From Eledone cirrhosa (lineage: Eukaryota): a DNA stretch of 64,000 nucleotides. A program made the position numbers and the translations under genes. Shown here one piece after another: positions 13,698-26,600 of this stretch; position 1 is the first letter of the stretch, and each line of letters starts with the position of its first letter. The stretch lies in contig OZ024748.1 of assembly GCA_964016885.1 (NCBI GenBank), positions 36,828,001 to 36,892,000 on the forward strand, in the 5' to 3' direction. The notes under the pieces are model-generated. The model made no database searches. It was not told the origin of the DNA and was given only the letters and a program-made list of their open reading frames with translations.

Positions 13698-13852
13698 ATA
13701 CACGGCTGAATTGCCGGTCGCTGTCTTCAGTTTGCAAAGCCCTTTAAACTGTGTTATTACTCTGAGGTCCTATACCTTGTCGAGTGCTTGACTGCACTGC
13801 TGAAGTCATTCGTCGGCTTAGCTGAGGCTCAGGCTTCGAATATGCTGTACTT

Positions 13853-13925
<73 letters not shown>

Positions 13926-13926
13926 C

Positions 13927-13972
<46 letters not shown>

Positions 13973-14039
13973 GCTAGAACACTGGAAGGTAATATCCATA
14001 GTGGTAGAGCACTCAGTCCATGGGACGAGTTAGGTAGAA

Positions 14040-14216
14040 GTGGTTACACAACAGTTAGTTCACCATACCGAGAACAATTGTTTCACCTTAGCGGATCCTC
14101 AGCTTGTAATGGACATGGTTATACAGAACAGGATAACCATGTCCATTACGAGCTGAGGATCCGCTAAGGTGAAACAATTGTTCTCAGTATGGTGAACTAA
14201 CTGTTGTGTAACCACT
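14040..14216. repeat. near-perfect palindrome, ~83-bp arms (PLE pLTR-like fold-back)
   Basis: AGTGGTTACACAACAGTTAG...CTAACTGTTGTGTAACCACT with a short central loop. Confidence 0.95.
14143..14192 (+). ncRNA. type I hammerhead ribozyme (mirror copy on the minus strand at ~14063-14112)
   Basis: ccattacgag-CTGAGGA-t-cc(gctaa)gg-t-GAAAC-aatt-GTT-ctcagtatgg; stem I pairs and stem III is palindromic. Confidence 0.7.
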
Positions 14217-14221
14217 AACTA

Positions 14222-14297
<76 letters not shown>

Positions 14298-14301
<4 letters not shown>

Positions 14302-14525
14302 AAAAGGTTTGACCCCGACGGCAGAACTCAAGCCGTGTCGACGGCTATTTCTGGACGCCCATACTTCTTCTATACTTTTTTTCACCAGTCCAGAAATACC
14401 CGTCGAAACGGCTTGAGCTCTGCCGTCGGGGTCAAAAATTTTCCTATTACCCACTCTACTACTCTAAGTATTGAGTACTCTGGTGCGTTATGGTCCATCT
14501 GGTTCCTTACCACACTTCCTTCGTT
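14298..14525 (+). mobile_element. fold-back mini-element (inverted repeat 14298-14446 plus tail); same family as 23222-23413
   Basis: ~60-bp inverted arms containing GAAACggc..gccGTC; tail GAGTACTCTGGTGCGTTATGGTCCA shared with 23364; (TA)n flanks. Confidence 0.75.
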
Positions 14526-14534
14526 ATATATATG

Positions 14535-14688
14535 TCTCTCCACCACTCCCCTACACACCTTTTGAACTCTTACCCGAAGAAGGGGTTATGCCCGAAACGT
14601 CGTCCTCCACCTACCCCCCACTCTCCTGAGCGTGAAGCTAATAAACATTTGTCGTACTGCCTCTCTGTTCTGTCCCTGTTCAATTTTT

Positions 14689-14692
<4 letters not shown>
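14535..14692 (+). mobile_element. PLE pLTR-like remnant with degenerate hammerhead and AATAAA
   Basis: CCGAAGA-a-ggg(gttatg)ccc-GAAAC-gtc-GTC at 14573-14604; AATAAA at 14640; (TA)n flanks. Confidence 0.55.
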
Positions 14693-14750
<58 letters not shown>

Positions 14751-14842
14751 AGTGTAACTTGGAGTTACTGCAGGTTCACCCGGGAGAGCACTCGATGTTT
14801 AGGTTCACTTCTGTGTTGAGGTGTAGAGCTATACAGAGTGTA

Positions 14843-15141
14843 ATATATTGAAAGGATAACAAGGACGATTGGTTACTCCTTCATTCCATTTATTGGTAGG
14901 TGACGCGCGTTTCGCCACTGATCAGCTGAAGGTTCTATCTGTATCGATCCTACCCGATTCAATAATCGGCAGCTCGACGGACCCTTTAAAATGGTTAAAG
15001 GGTCCATCGAGCTGCCGATTATTGAGTCGGGTAAGATCGATACAGATAGAACCTTGAGCTGATCAGTGGCGAAACGCGCGTCACCTACCAATAAATGGAA
15101 TGAAGGAGTAACCAATCGTCCTTGTTATCCTTTCAATATAT
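14843..15141. repeat. near-perfect palindrome, ~145-bp arms, with hammerhead-like core and AATAAA
   Basis: self-complementary about ~14992; CTGATCA-gtggc-GAAAC-gcgc-GTC...AATAAA in each arm; one-sided tail at 14748-14842. Confidence 0.95.
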
Positions 15142-15211
15142 ATATATATATATATAAGATTCACAATTTAACTTATGTTAGTTAGCAAATGAAAGATGTT
15201 GTAAGCAAAAG

Positions 15212-15300
15212 AGAAGAAGAAGAAGAAGAAGAAGAAGAAGAAGAAGAAGAAGAAGAAGAAGAAGAAGAAGAAGAAGAAGAAGAAGAAGAAGAAGAAGAAG
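15212..15300 (+). repeat. (GAA)n microsatellite
   Basis: pure GAA run. Confidence 0.98.
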
Positions 15301-15313
15301 ATGGTCAACGTAC

Positions 15314-15571
15314 GACTTTTGCGAATAATCTGCACCTCGTAATAATCGGCCTCTGGATTAAATGTCAATCTGCTAAAGGCCGACCAAGTGGCATATAATT
15401 TACACGTGAATAGCAAAGGATAGTAAACGAAGGCAAAACATCTGCTGATACTCCAGCAATATTCTGCACAGCCTGTCGTAGTATCGGTAGTCTCATTGAT
15501 AATATTCAGGTTCAGTAGAAACGACGCATTGCTTACTTGGATGAAATTGTCTTCGATGTCCTGCTGAGCCA
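15314..15571 (-). CDS. gene B exon 3: PAN/Apple-like domain
   Basis: acceptor ttcttatacAG, donor GTACGT, 258 bp, phase 1-1; AQQDIEDNF..GCAEYCWSISRCFAFVYYPLLFTCKLY..ADYYEV. Confidence 0.75.
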
Positions 15572-15640
15572 CTGTATAAGAATAACAATAATGGTTTATA
15601 ATTTAGACCAGAAAGGACGGATATTTTGGGGGGACATAAG

Positions 15641-15666
15641 AGAGAGGTGGGGGAGAGTGGGGATAG

Positions 15667-15751
<85 letters not shown>

Positions 15752-16318
15752 GATGGAAGAGAGGGGTGGAGAGAGAAAAGAGAGAGAGAGAAAGTAGGGG
15801 AAGAGAGAGAGAGGGGGGCAAGAGAGAGCGAGAAAGAAGGGAAGAAAGAGAGAGAAAGAGAGGGGAGAAAGAGAGAGAGAGAAGGGAGAAAGAGAGAGCG
15901 AGAAAGAAGGGAAGAAAGAGAGAGAAAAAGAGAGAAAGAGAGAGAAGAGGCAGAAAGAGAGAGAGAGAAAGGGAGAAAGAAGGGAAGAAAGAGAGAGAGA
16001 AGGGGAGAAAGAGAGAGACAGAGGGGAGAAAGAGAGAGAGAAGGGAGAAAGAGAGAGCGAGAAAGAAGGGAAGAAAGAGAGGGGAGAAAGAGAGAGAGAA
16101 GGGGGCGAAAGAGAGAGAGAAGGGGAGAAAGAGAGAGCGAGAAAGAAGGGAAGAAAGAGAGGGAGAAGGGGAGAAAGAGAGAGAGAGAGAGGGGGAGAAA
16201 GAGAGAGAGAAGGGGAGAAAACGAGAGCGAGAAAGAAGGGAAGAAAAAGAGGGGAGAAAGAGAGAGAGAGAAGGGGGAGAAAGAGAGAGAGAAGGGGAGA
16301 AAGAGAGAGAGAGAGAGT
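15641..16318 (+). repeat. ~680-bp polypurine (GA-rich) tract
   Basis: almost exclusively G/A on the plus strand. Confidence 0.97.
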
Positions 16319-16519
16319 CGATAAAAACCGACCCTACCGCATGACTGGTATTTTAACAAGCCGACCCCACTCTCAGTTAGATGACAGTTCAAAGTTGACA
16401 TCAACGGGATTCGAACTATTTTATACAAGAATAAAAAGATGGTACACAGAAAGAGATGGAAACTTAATTGAATTTGAAGAATTTCTATCTTGATCTGAAA
16501 AATTAAACTTAACTGTTAA

Positions 16520-16665
16520 TTGCCAGAGTCGTTAGAACGTCGGCTAGAATGATTTATGGTATTTGTTTTGGTTCTCTACTCTCTGAGTTCAAATCCCGAT
16601 GAGGTCAACTTTGCCTTTCATCCTTTCGTGGTCGGTAAAAAAGTACTAGCCTTGTACTGGGGCCC
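16520..16665 (+). mobile_element. tRNA-SINE
   Basis: A-box-like TTGCCAGAGTCGTTAG, B-box GAGTTCAAATCCC, body AACTTTGCCTTTCATCC. Confidence 0.8.
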
Positions 16666-16916
16666 ATACTTCCTCTATACATTTGTTCACTTCCTCTCTC
16701 TCACTCTATCTCTCCATATATATATGTATATATATATACATAAATACATAAACGGAGAAAGCTAATAGCGATACTCCGACCAAATTCCAACTCACTCGAC
16801 AAACATTAGGAAATACCGGAGTATATTCCCAATTAAACGTTTGGGGTGCTAACTATATTGTATTGTGTGGATAATTGGCTGTATTATTTTATATGAGATA
16901 TATTAAAGATCTCATT

Positions 16917-17040
16917 CCCCAAACGAATCGTTTCATTGTAAGATTTCTACATGGTGGGTGAAATTATACCAAGTTATGTAGAAGCTTGTGTAAGATCAAT
17001 AGATTCTTATTCAAGTGGGCTCTTATAAATCTTCAGTGGG
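16917..17040 (-). ncRNA. type I hammerhead ribozyme with a very long stem II
   Basis: ccca-CTGAAGA-t-ttataaga...tcttacaa-t-GAAAC-gattc-GTT-tggg. Confidence 0.55.
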
Positions 17041-17330
17041 TGCCCAATAATATTAATATTAATAACTAAATCAATATCAATATTTAGCGATAATCACCAT
17101 CAGTGCTAGAAGGAACTGTTAGGTTGTAATTCCAGCAGTTCTAAAGTCTAAAATTCTCACTCTGTCCCGAAGATGGGAGGAGGAAGTTACCGCCAAAAAT
17201 AATACACGCTCAGGTCATTGAACTCTGACAAGAATTTAAGCCTCGTGCGAAGAACTCAATTGGATATGAAAAAGTAAATATATGTGTGCACCGTTTAAGG
17301 ACACACACACACACACATATATATATATAT

Positions 17331-17420
17331 GGAAAAGGAATCGAAAATGCAACTGGAGTCTTTTTACGAATATTTATTTATTTCCTTTACCGGTTTCAGT
17401 TCTTATGCTTTTCAAAAGTA
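17331..17420 (-). mobile_element. PLE pLTR-like 3' end; same family as the palindrome at 41796-41908
   Basis: minus strand GAAAC-cg-GTA..AATAAA..AAAAGACTCCAGTTGCATTTTC then (TA)n. Confidence 0.55.
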
Positions 17421-17713
17421 GAATTGAGATGGAGGTTTTGTGGTTTGTCTCGCATATATATAAATATAGTACCAGACTAGTACTGGGATCGATTCTTCCT
17501 CTTTATCTCTTTCTCGGTTCTCTCTCCCACTTTCTAGCTTTCCCGGGAAGAAATCTACCTGGAGAGAGATGAGCTCCGCCGTATGTCAATATGATGCCCC
17601 CCCCCTACTACTATATCAGGAACTACGGGACCATAAATACAAACATATAAACATATATACATACAGAGAGAACGTGATAACGTATACGCTGGTAGTGTAC
17701 AGTATATTATGTG

Positions 17714-17916
17714 TACGAGGATCGGATGAAAAGTTCATAGGCTGACCAAGATACTCTCATGGAATGACCAAATGATGTTTATTTTTCAACATAGTCATTG
17801 GAAAGAAACAATGCCAGTTATTTATAAGAAGAGTTCAGATTAATGCATGCAGAATTTCACAGTCCTAGCATCACTCATTCATATTCCGCCTATGAACCTT
17901 TCAATCAACCCTCTTA
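17714..17916. mobile_element. Tc1/mariner-type MITE
   Basis: TIRs TACGAGGATCGGATGAAAAGTTCATAGGC / GCCTATGAACCTTTCAATCAACCCTCTTA with TA ends. Confidence 0.75.
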
Positions 17917-17952
17917 TATTATGATATATAGAACGGTGTATATATTATAATA

Positions 17953-19039
17953 CTAGCAGAGGTACCCGGCGTTGCTCGGGTATTAAATAGCAGTTGTGTA
18001 TACCATTTATGTCAATACTTCAGTGCTGCTTCGAAAACTATACTTTTACAAAATCATCGGCTTTTTCCAAAAGGGGGTTCCTGCCCCCAGGGGTCCCCTA
18101 TTCAATATGTGCCAATTCTGAGAGTTCACATTCATCTGTAGGACAAACGTAGCCCATGTGTCAAGTTTTGTGAAAATCGGTTGCGAACTCCAGAAGTTAT
18201 GACGTTTTGTTGCATTGCACTGTAGTGCTTCAGTCGACTCCAAGGAAGTGGTTAAAGGGGGTTATCTGCCGGGAGGCCCTATAATCAATATATGGAAAAA
18301 TGAAAGTGCCCATGACCATCCGGAGTACATAAGTAACCTGTCTTAAGTTTGGTGAAAATACTGTAGAAATGCATAAGGTTTATACATACGCGCGCGCGCG
18401 CGCGCGCGCGCGTGTGTGTGTGTGTATGCGTTTGTGGGTGTGTATGTATTTGTGTGTGCGTATGTATGTGTATGTCCGTCGGGGCATGCGTATGTACTGG
18501 CCAAAATCTTCACTATTTACTTTTACTACTTTAATAACCTTTGTCATTTTCGTTTTCAATTTTATTTACATCATTCTTAAACTCCGGGGCTGGAAATCAT
18601 TTTGTTATTTTAAATAGAATATTAGTCTAACAACTCCATTTACACCATAAACGTGGTGTTGTCTTTGCATGAAATTGTTCTTCTCGATCTACATAACGAC
18701 GTATTATCCTCGCTTTTTTCCCGTTCATTGCCAGGGAACGTCTTCACGAAGCAAAATATCGTCTTCCTGTTTTCGTTCGCTTGCAACGTTTCTCGAAATA
18801 TTTACTTCTGCGTTCACAGATTACTCTTAGTTCAATTTGAATAGGAAATTCCTGTTTCATCGATTTTCTCCGTAACCATGGAAGCTTGTCGCTTGAAAGT
18901 CGACCCAATGCCTCCTCGGGTCATTCTGCATAACTGTGTAAACTTTCACTGCATTCCACCAAGCCGTTTCTACGTTTATCCGACTACACCTACTTACTTA
19001 AATATACAACGTCCGACCACTTCCAATTTATATAGTAGA
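17953..19039 (-). mobile_element. non-autonomous Helitron
   Basis: 5' TCTACTATATAAA; 3' hairpin CCCGAGCAACGCCGGG then CTAG; inserted between A and T. Confidence 0.8.
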
Positions 19040-19610
19040 TATAGAGTGATACTATAGTATATATATATTATGATATAGAGAACTGTGTATATATTATAAA
19101 GTGACTGGTGGGGTCAGCAGTATGCATGGTACTTAGACATAAACTATGGCTTGATTAACCTCGGTTCAGTCACCCGGATGAGGGTGACTATGCTGTAAGA
19201 CCTGACACACTCAGTCCAGGATATAACACTAATGAAAGATTTAATAACTCTGTTAATAACTTTATTAATAACTCTATTAATATTTACACTATTATCAGAA
19301 ATATGTCGGCAAATAAATAGTTTCTACTCGAATATAATACACCTCCATTTATGTTTGAGAAATGGGCAAATATCGAAACCTCATTTATAAGCCAAGGCAG
19401 CTACTCAACACATTATATTGAGATGGCGATATAAGAAGACCTCCCAAACATACACATTTTACCATCGATATTTTGGACACATATTCTTCGGTTTATATTC
19501 GAGTATATACGGTAAATACTAAATAGGCTAATGAATAGTTCTGGTCATGAAAAGGAGGGGAGACAACCCTAGAACTTGAATTAAAATAATGAGTGAGCAA
19601 ATGTACATAC

Positions 19611-19643
19611 CTGTTACTTGGCACTTCAATAACGCACATAATA
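19611..19643 (-). CDS. gene B exon 2 (33 bp, signal peptide C-terminal half)
   Basis: ttcccttttaatttcAG acceptor, GTATGT donor, phase 1-1; (V)LCALLKCQVT(V). Confidence 0.7.
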
Positions 19644-19969
19644 CTGAAATTAAAAGGGAAATTAGAAATAGAACATGGATGAATCAAGAAGCTATAGTGA
19701 GACGCCATAACTGCTTGCTTTATGTAACAGTTACAAAAATACTAACAATCCGTTCTATCTTTATATATATGTTTTCGACGATGCGCACTCAATGGTACAG
19801 CATTCAACACAGTTTTCATTTATCCAGTCTCATCCACAACACTTGGGTCGAACCAAAGAAACTTGACTAAGACAACAACAATAAAGGCAACATCTTTTTT
19901 AAAAAGGGAAATAATAACTTGAATATCATAATTGTATGAGCAAACACGTGGTAGCCATGAGTCTAAAAC

Positions 19970-20107
19970 CTGGAACCTCACCAGGTCGGTACTTATTCCG
20001 GTTTCCATGGCGACCGAGAATACAAGACTCACTTCTCCTGGACAGGACACCAGTCCATCGCAGCGTTAAATCCCCAGTTGTTGCTCGTACTTATTTTCAG
20101 CTGAGTA
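19970..20107 (-). mobile_element. SINE fragment, possibly Nin-domain type
   Basis: CCGGTTTCCATGGC..CTGGACAGGACACCAGTCCATCGCAG resembles a SINE central domain (recalled). Confidence 0.4.
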
Positions 20108-20236
20108 TGAAATGAACAACAACAACAACAACGACTACAACAATAACAGCAGCAACAACAACTGCAACAACAGCAATAACAACAACAACTGCAACAACAA
20201 CAATAACAACAACAATGACAGTAAATGTGAACTTAC

Positions 20237-20264
20237 CAAACGGTAATATAAGGTTTTTCCACAT
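20237..20264 (-). CDS. gene B first coding exon (signal peptide N-terminal half)
   Basis: ATG TGG AAA AAC CTT ATA TTA CCG TTT G|GTAAGT; splices in frame to give MWKNLILPFVLCALLKCQVTVA-QQD. Confidence 0.7.
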
Positions 20265-20346
20265 AATTCTAGTTGGACGATGTCTAAATATGATGTGGGC
20301 ATACCTAATGTAAAGTCTATATAACACTGTATAATATATACTTGTG

Positions 20347-20399
<53 letters not shown>

Positions 20400-20593
20400 G
20401 TATATATATATATAATCTATAGTGTATATATATATATATATATAAAATTTATAGTTGTATGTATGTAAAAATATATGTATGTGTGTGCGTGTGTGTATGT
20501 AGGCAGAAAGTGAATGCGAAGGAGTGAGGTGTCAGGAGAGAGGTCGTAGTGTAACTAAGAAAAACGTAATTAAAAATGCAACATATTGAAGCA

Positions 20594-20652
<59 letters not shown>

Positions 20653-21216
20653 GCACACACATAAACCTACACATATGCTGACGTAATAATACATATGCAT
20701 ACACATTCACACACATATATATCTACATACATACATACATAAATACACATATTTATACATATACACATACATTTATATACACACACGTTCATACATACAC
20801 ATTTACATACATAACTACATATATACACATGTACATACATACATAGATTCATACACACTTATTGAAACATACATAATACCTACATATATACATGCATGGC
20901 AACAAGCATACCTACATAATATACATACATATATATATACACTAATTCACACATACATATATTGCGTGTTTTTCTGTAACATTTTACAGTTGATTGACTA
21001 TTATATGATAACTATTGACATAATAATCGATGGAGAAGAAAGACATGATCAAGTAAATTCCGTTGTCAGCGTCCCTCAAACTTTTGTGTTCGTGTTGTCC
21101 TGCTTTCATGCTTCATAGAAGTCAATAAGATGAAACAGGATCTATTGACAAAAATGATGTGTGCTTTAACAATGAAACGGAATTGTTCATAACTTACGGT
21201 TTGTTAACTTCACTAG

Positions 21217-21302
<86 letters not shown>

Positions 21303-21424
21303 TCTGTTTACCTTTTACATATATATATATATATATCATTGGTTCGTTGCGTACTCAATCCTGTTTAGTCGACATGTTTACCGTAAGTGTATATACATAT
21401 ATATATATACCTACACATGCAGAT

Positions 21425-21680
<256 letters not shown>

Positions 21681-21908
21681 TAATGCGTTGAAATATCCGT
21701 GACCCCCAGCAGACAACTGACGAAGGGACTGTCTCTTGTTTGTGCTTTCCTTTTATTTCTAAATACACTTTTTCAAGTATCCACACAACTCCTTGTTTCT
21801 TCTTAATTCAGACTTTCGTGAAATCGGACCGAGGAAACAATGTTCCCATTGGTTTTTCCAATTGCTAATACTTTCTATCAGTCGTAACTCCAGGTAGAAG
21901 GAGCAACG

Positions 21909-22007
<99 letters not shown>

Positions 22008-22093
22008 GTATGTATACGTAAATACATATATGTATACAGACGTACAGTAGTATGTACATACATACATACGTACAGTACATACATACATACACG

Positions 22094-22212
<119 letters not shown>

Positions 22213-22592
22213 GTACTTTTGGGTTTACCGAACATTTATTATAATGTTCGGTTTGTTTGTAAACAAACAGCCCGAATTAAGCCGTACAGTGTTCGGCAAC
22301 CATCGTCGCCATTTTGTTCAACACTGACAAAGGAACGATGAACTAGTTTCAAGCTTTTTAACTATCGTCAGCATCGTATACCTTCCTGCCAGATGATTGA
22401 ACGTTTGAAAGAATATACTTTCCTTATGCATATTAACGGCTGAGCAGCCTAATTTGCATATCGAATGAGTTAGTCGACCGGGCGTACCGAAAACGATAAA
22501 TGGAAAAGAATGAAATGAAATTTCATTTCTCACTTTTAGTACGGCTGATACTTAAATGTAAGTACGTATACGTACATACATATATGTATATA

Positions 22593-23214
22593 TCTGTATA
22601 CATATAAAAATCTAGTTTTCTGTATGTGTGTGTGGACAATTTTTAATGAGGGCTCATATATTCTAAACCATTCATGCGATTCATTTGAAATTTTTTACAG
22701 AGCTTCGCCTTGCACAAAACCTGTACCTGAGCTACAAAGGCTTTCAAAAATCGATATTTGGGCCTTTGGAGACATTAAAAAAGTTTAGGTTATTTGTGTC
22801 AATTTTCGTGATTAAGTAAGACAAGAGTTATTTTTCGTCGATATTTCGTGATTAAGTAAGACAAGAGTTATCTTTCGTCAATACAATAGGAACTCATTTT
22901 TGATGTTGTCAAAAATTTTGTTTGGGGATTTTGATTATTACAATTCGGCTCATTCGGATTTTACTTTACTCTTTGTACTTGAAACAAAAGGTTTTACTGT
23001 TGTCAAAAAGATTTATACCTAGACTGGATTTCTGTTGTTACATGGTATAACGGATGACACTGAGCTCACATATTAATTATTTCGCTGGAATAGTGCCTAA
23101 GGTTTTCATGTTTACATAAAGTACGTTTTTCTTCTATGTATTCAAATTTACTTTGTTTAGTTTAATGAGCTACATCGAAAGCTACTTGAACCGTCCAAAG
23201 GACGGGTACTTTAG
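22593..23214 (+). mobile_element. non-autonomous Helitron
   Basis: 5' TCTGTATACATATAAAA; 3' hairpin CCGTCC-AAA-GGACGG then TTAG. Confidence 0.65.
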
Positions 23215-23221
23215 TATATAT

Positions 23222-23412
23222 ATATATGAAAAGAGTCAGGACTCCGACGGCTGAGCTCCGGCCGTTTCGACAACTAGTTCGGATCTAGCTGTTGAAACGG
23301 CCAGAGCTCAGCCGTCGGGGACCTGACTCTTTTCATATTACCTACACTACTACCCTAGGTATCGAGTACTCTGGTGCGTTATGGTCCACCTGGTATCTTA
23401 CTACACCTTCTT

Positions 23413-23413
<1 letters not shown>
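23222..23413 (+). mobile_element. fold-back mini-element (palindrome 23224-23338 plus tail)
   Basis: ~52-bp arms with GAAACggc..gccGTC; tail shared with 14447-14522; (TA)n flanks. Confidence 0.78.
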
Positions 23414-23457
<44 letters not shown>

Positions 23458-23599
23458 CATACATACATAACATTATCTAAGTCTATCGGCTGGTTTCGTA
23501 CCGGAAACAGATTATTTTATCGGAGAAAATAAGTCTACGTGTGGTCGGTAATCTACAAGCCTTCTTTCATCTCTTGTTGGTTATTACACCTGTTTATTG

Positions 23600-23655
<56 letters not shown>

Positions 23656-26600
23656 CAAACACTCCACCACACAACATACCCCTCCCATCTACCCCTGATT
23701 CAGAAGTCTCAGACATGGGAACCTCTACATCTCCAAGTGAGAATGAAGAGGAACCCCAAAAATAAAAAAAAAATAAAAAAAAGACGCAAAAACATCTACA
23801 AAAAAACACGCACACACCCAACCCCACCACAAACACACCGTCACAAACGACAAACACACCCACAACACAATCACCACCAACGCAACCAAACACTTCACCA
23901 ACAAAACAAACACCCACACCACCACAATTACAAACCCAACCACAAAAAGAGAACTACAAACAGAAACAGTACACATAAAAAACAAAACACATTACACATA
24001 CATAAAAACAAGAAACAAAGAACTGGTGGAAACTGTCCGAAAGGACCCCACAATACAAACAGAAGGGAAAACCTTCCCCACCAATGACCCATCCCCAAAC
24101 CTCAAACTTATCAGGGTAACAACCCTACAGTATGAAACTTTAAAAGAGAATTTCCCACATGATGTGGGCCCTCCTTGCTAAAATCCCCTTAACCGTACCC
24201 GCTAAAATGAAATTGAGCTGGTTCTAAGAAACTCAATGAAAGATATTACCTTCATATAGAAGGGAAAACTGTTCGGGAGTTTATCAGTAATGATGAAAGA
24301 CCAATTGACGGCACAGAAATATTCTGTGTCGCCAATTGTGTGTGTGTGTCCCCCCCTCTACACCTTTTCACCCACATATATGGGAAAAAGGACCCCCAAA
24401 ATAAGAGTAACAAATATCACACCAAATGTAAACATCTCGTGGATATTAGCTGGTTTCATCAATTTGGATGAAGACACAGTAATTTCGGTAGGAAAGTCCT
24501 CCAGGGGCATATTTAACGGTACAAGCTTAGAAGTTCTGGTCCAAATGAGACCAGAAGGGATAGCAAAAATACCCAAACGTGTGCCTCTGGATGGGAATTC
24601 CTTTGTAAACATTTCTGTTGAGGGTAGGCGGCTTTCATGTTACCACTGTTTAAGCAGTGGTCACCTGAGAGCTGTCTGTCCTTAGCTAGCTGCAAAAAAG
24701 GCACTATTGCCAACACCTAGGACAGCAACACACCCACCACCACCACTACAACAACAACACACAAAAATAACTAAAACAAGTACAACAAATCAAACCGCAA
24801 ACACAGTCCCACCTAACCCAACTCCACCTAAAACCACTGCAAACACACCCACAAACACAACAGCTCCCCAAAACATACCCCTTCCCAATAACACAAACGT
24901 CACAACGGATGAGACCCCCTCATCATCACCTAGTGACGATGAGGGAGAGCCTCTACGTTCGAAAAGAAAAAAGAAAAAACACCACACGAACAAAAAAAAA
25001 CAACAATCATCACTACGAACATACAACTACCAACACAAAAACACAAACATTACAAACAAGTACCCCCCGTCCCGAAAACAAAACAACGACATCACTCAAA
25101 CACCTACAACAAAACGAAAACTCACACAAGAACAACAGACAAAAACCAACACAACACAAGAACATTACACATACTTAAACACTGAAAATAAAACTTTAAT
25201 GGAGGTCATCTCCAACAACCCTGCGGTGAAAACCAAAGGGAAAACTTTTATAAACTGTTTGGACAAACCAAACCTAAAAATGATTAGGGTCCCGATGGAC
25301 ACATATAGGTCCCTAAAAGAAAACTTCGATAAGGACGTGGGGAATACATGTGTCAAACCCATCAACCGCGTCCTTTTGAAATGTTTCCCCACTCCCATCC
25401 CAGACAGCCCCACCCCACCAGACATCCCTCCCCACCGAACATCTCCATCCCCACCCCACCAGAAACCATCACCCTACCAAACAACCCTCCAACACCCCCA
25501 TGGACATTGTGCAGCCTGGTCTCCAGGAAGCGAGGAGATAAGTGAATTCTTTCCTCTTCTTTTCTAACTCTTCCTCATCAACATGGCCAATATAAGAGTC
25601 GGATGTGTGAATGTGCGCGGCCTGTGGATGCCCTGGAAACAGGGCAAACTCTTAAACGACCTCAGGTTGCACAGTACGGATGTGGCAGTCATTTGCGAGT
25701 CCAAGGTCCACAGCGAGCGGCAGCTGGCCCCCCATCTTCGACGACTTTGAGATCTACGCATCTCTCTGTCAGGAGGTGGGGGAGGGGTTGCCGTTTTGCT
25801 GCGGAAACACCTAGACCTCGTAACACAGGCGGTACATCTGGACCAGGAGGGTCGACTGGTAGTCCTAGACATCATCTGTAGTGAAGGTGGAGCCTTCAGA
25901 CTGGTGGTCGTATATGCCCCATCCGAGACATCGCGGCCAGACTTCTTCAAACGTCTGGAGACTTTTCTGGGAACATCCCGCTTCTTTCTTTTAGTGGGGG
26001 ACTGGAATGGAATCCTAGATGCACGTTGGGATTATGTGGGAGCATGTCCCGATAGAGTGGGTTGTAGCAGCCTCAAACAGTTAATCGGCCGATTTCAACT
26101 GGCCGATAGATACTGACTAGATTTCCCGACTGCGCCACTGTGGACGTGGACGAACCGCAGCGGGACATCTAGATCGTACTTAGATAGGTTTCTAATTAGA
26201 GGTAGAGATAGGGGAATATTAAGCTGTCCACACATGTTCATGGTTGCTTATTCAGATCACAAACTAGTGACCTGCATAGTCAACCTTGATAGAACCCATA
26301 GGCAGGAACCTGGACTGGAAGCTAAACCTGTCGTTACCGACACGTAAAGCATACAGTAGTCGGATTAGCACTTTAGTTAAGCAGCAGTTGACGGAGGCAA
26401 TTGTCAACAACAGGTGGTAGTGCTCTCTTAAGAGAGCAATTAGATTAGAATCGATAGGCTTTAGTAAAGAACTAGCGTTAGATTGGAATAAGACTGAAAA
26501 GGAACTGGTAGATAAGTAAAAGTGGCAGCGTAGCTAACGTGCTAGCAACAAGAACGGCCCTGAACCAGTTCTTCGACGCAAAGCACGAAGGCTGCGTTGT

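Noticed and set aside
15493-16428. Arg/Glu-rich and Leu/Ser-rich ORFs
   Set aside because: Translations of the GA polypurine tract
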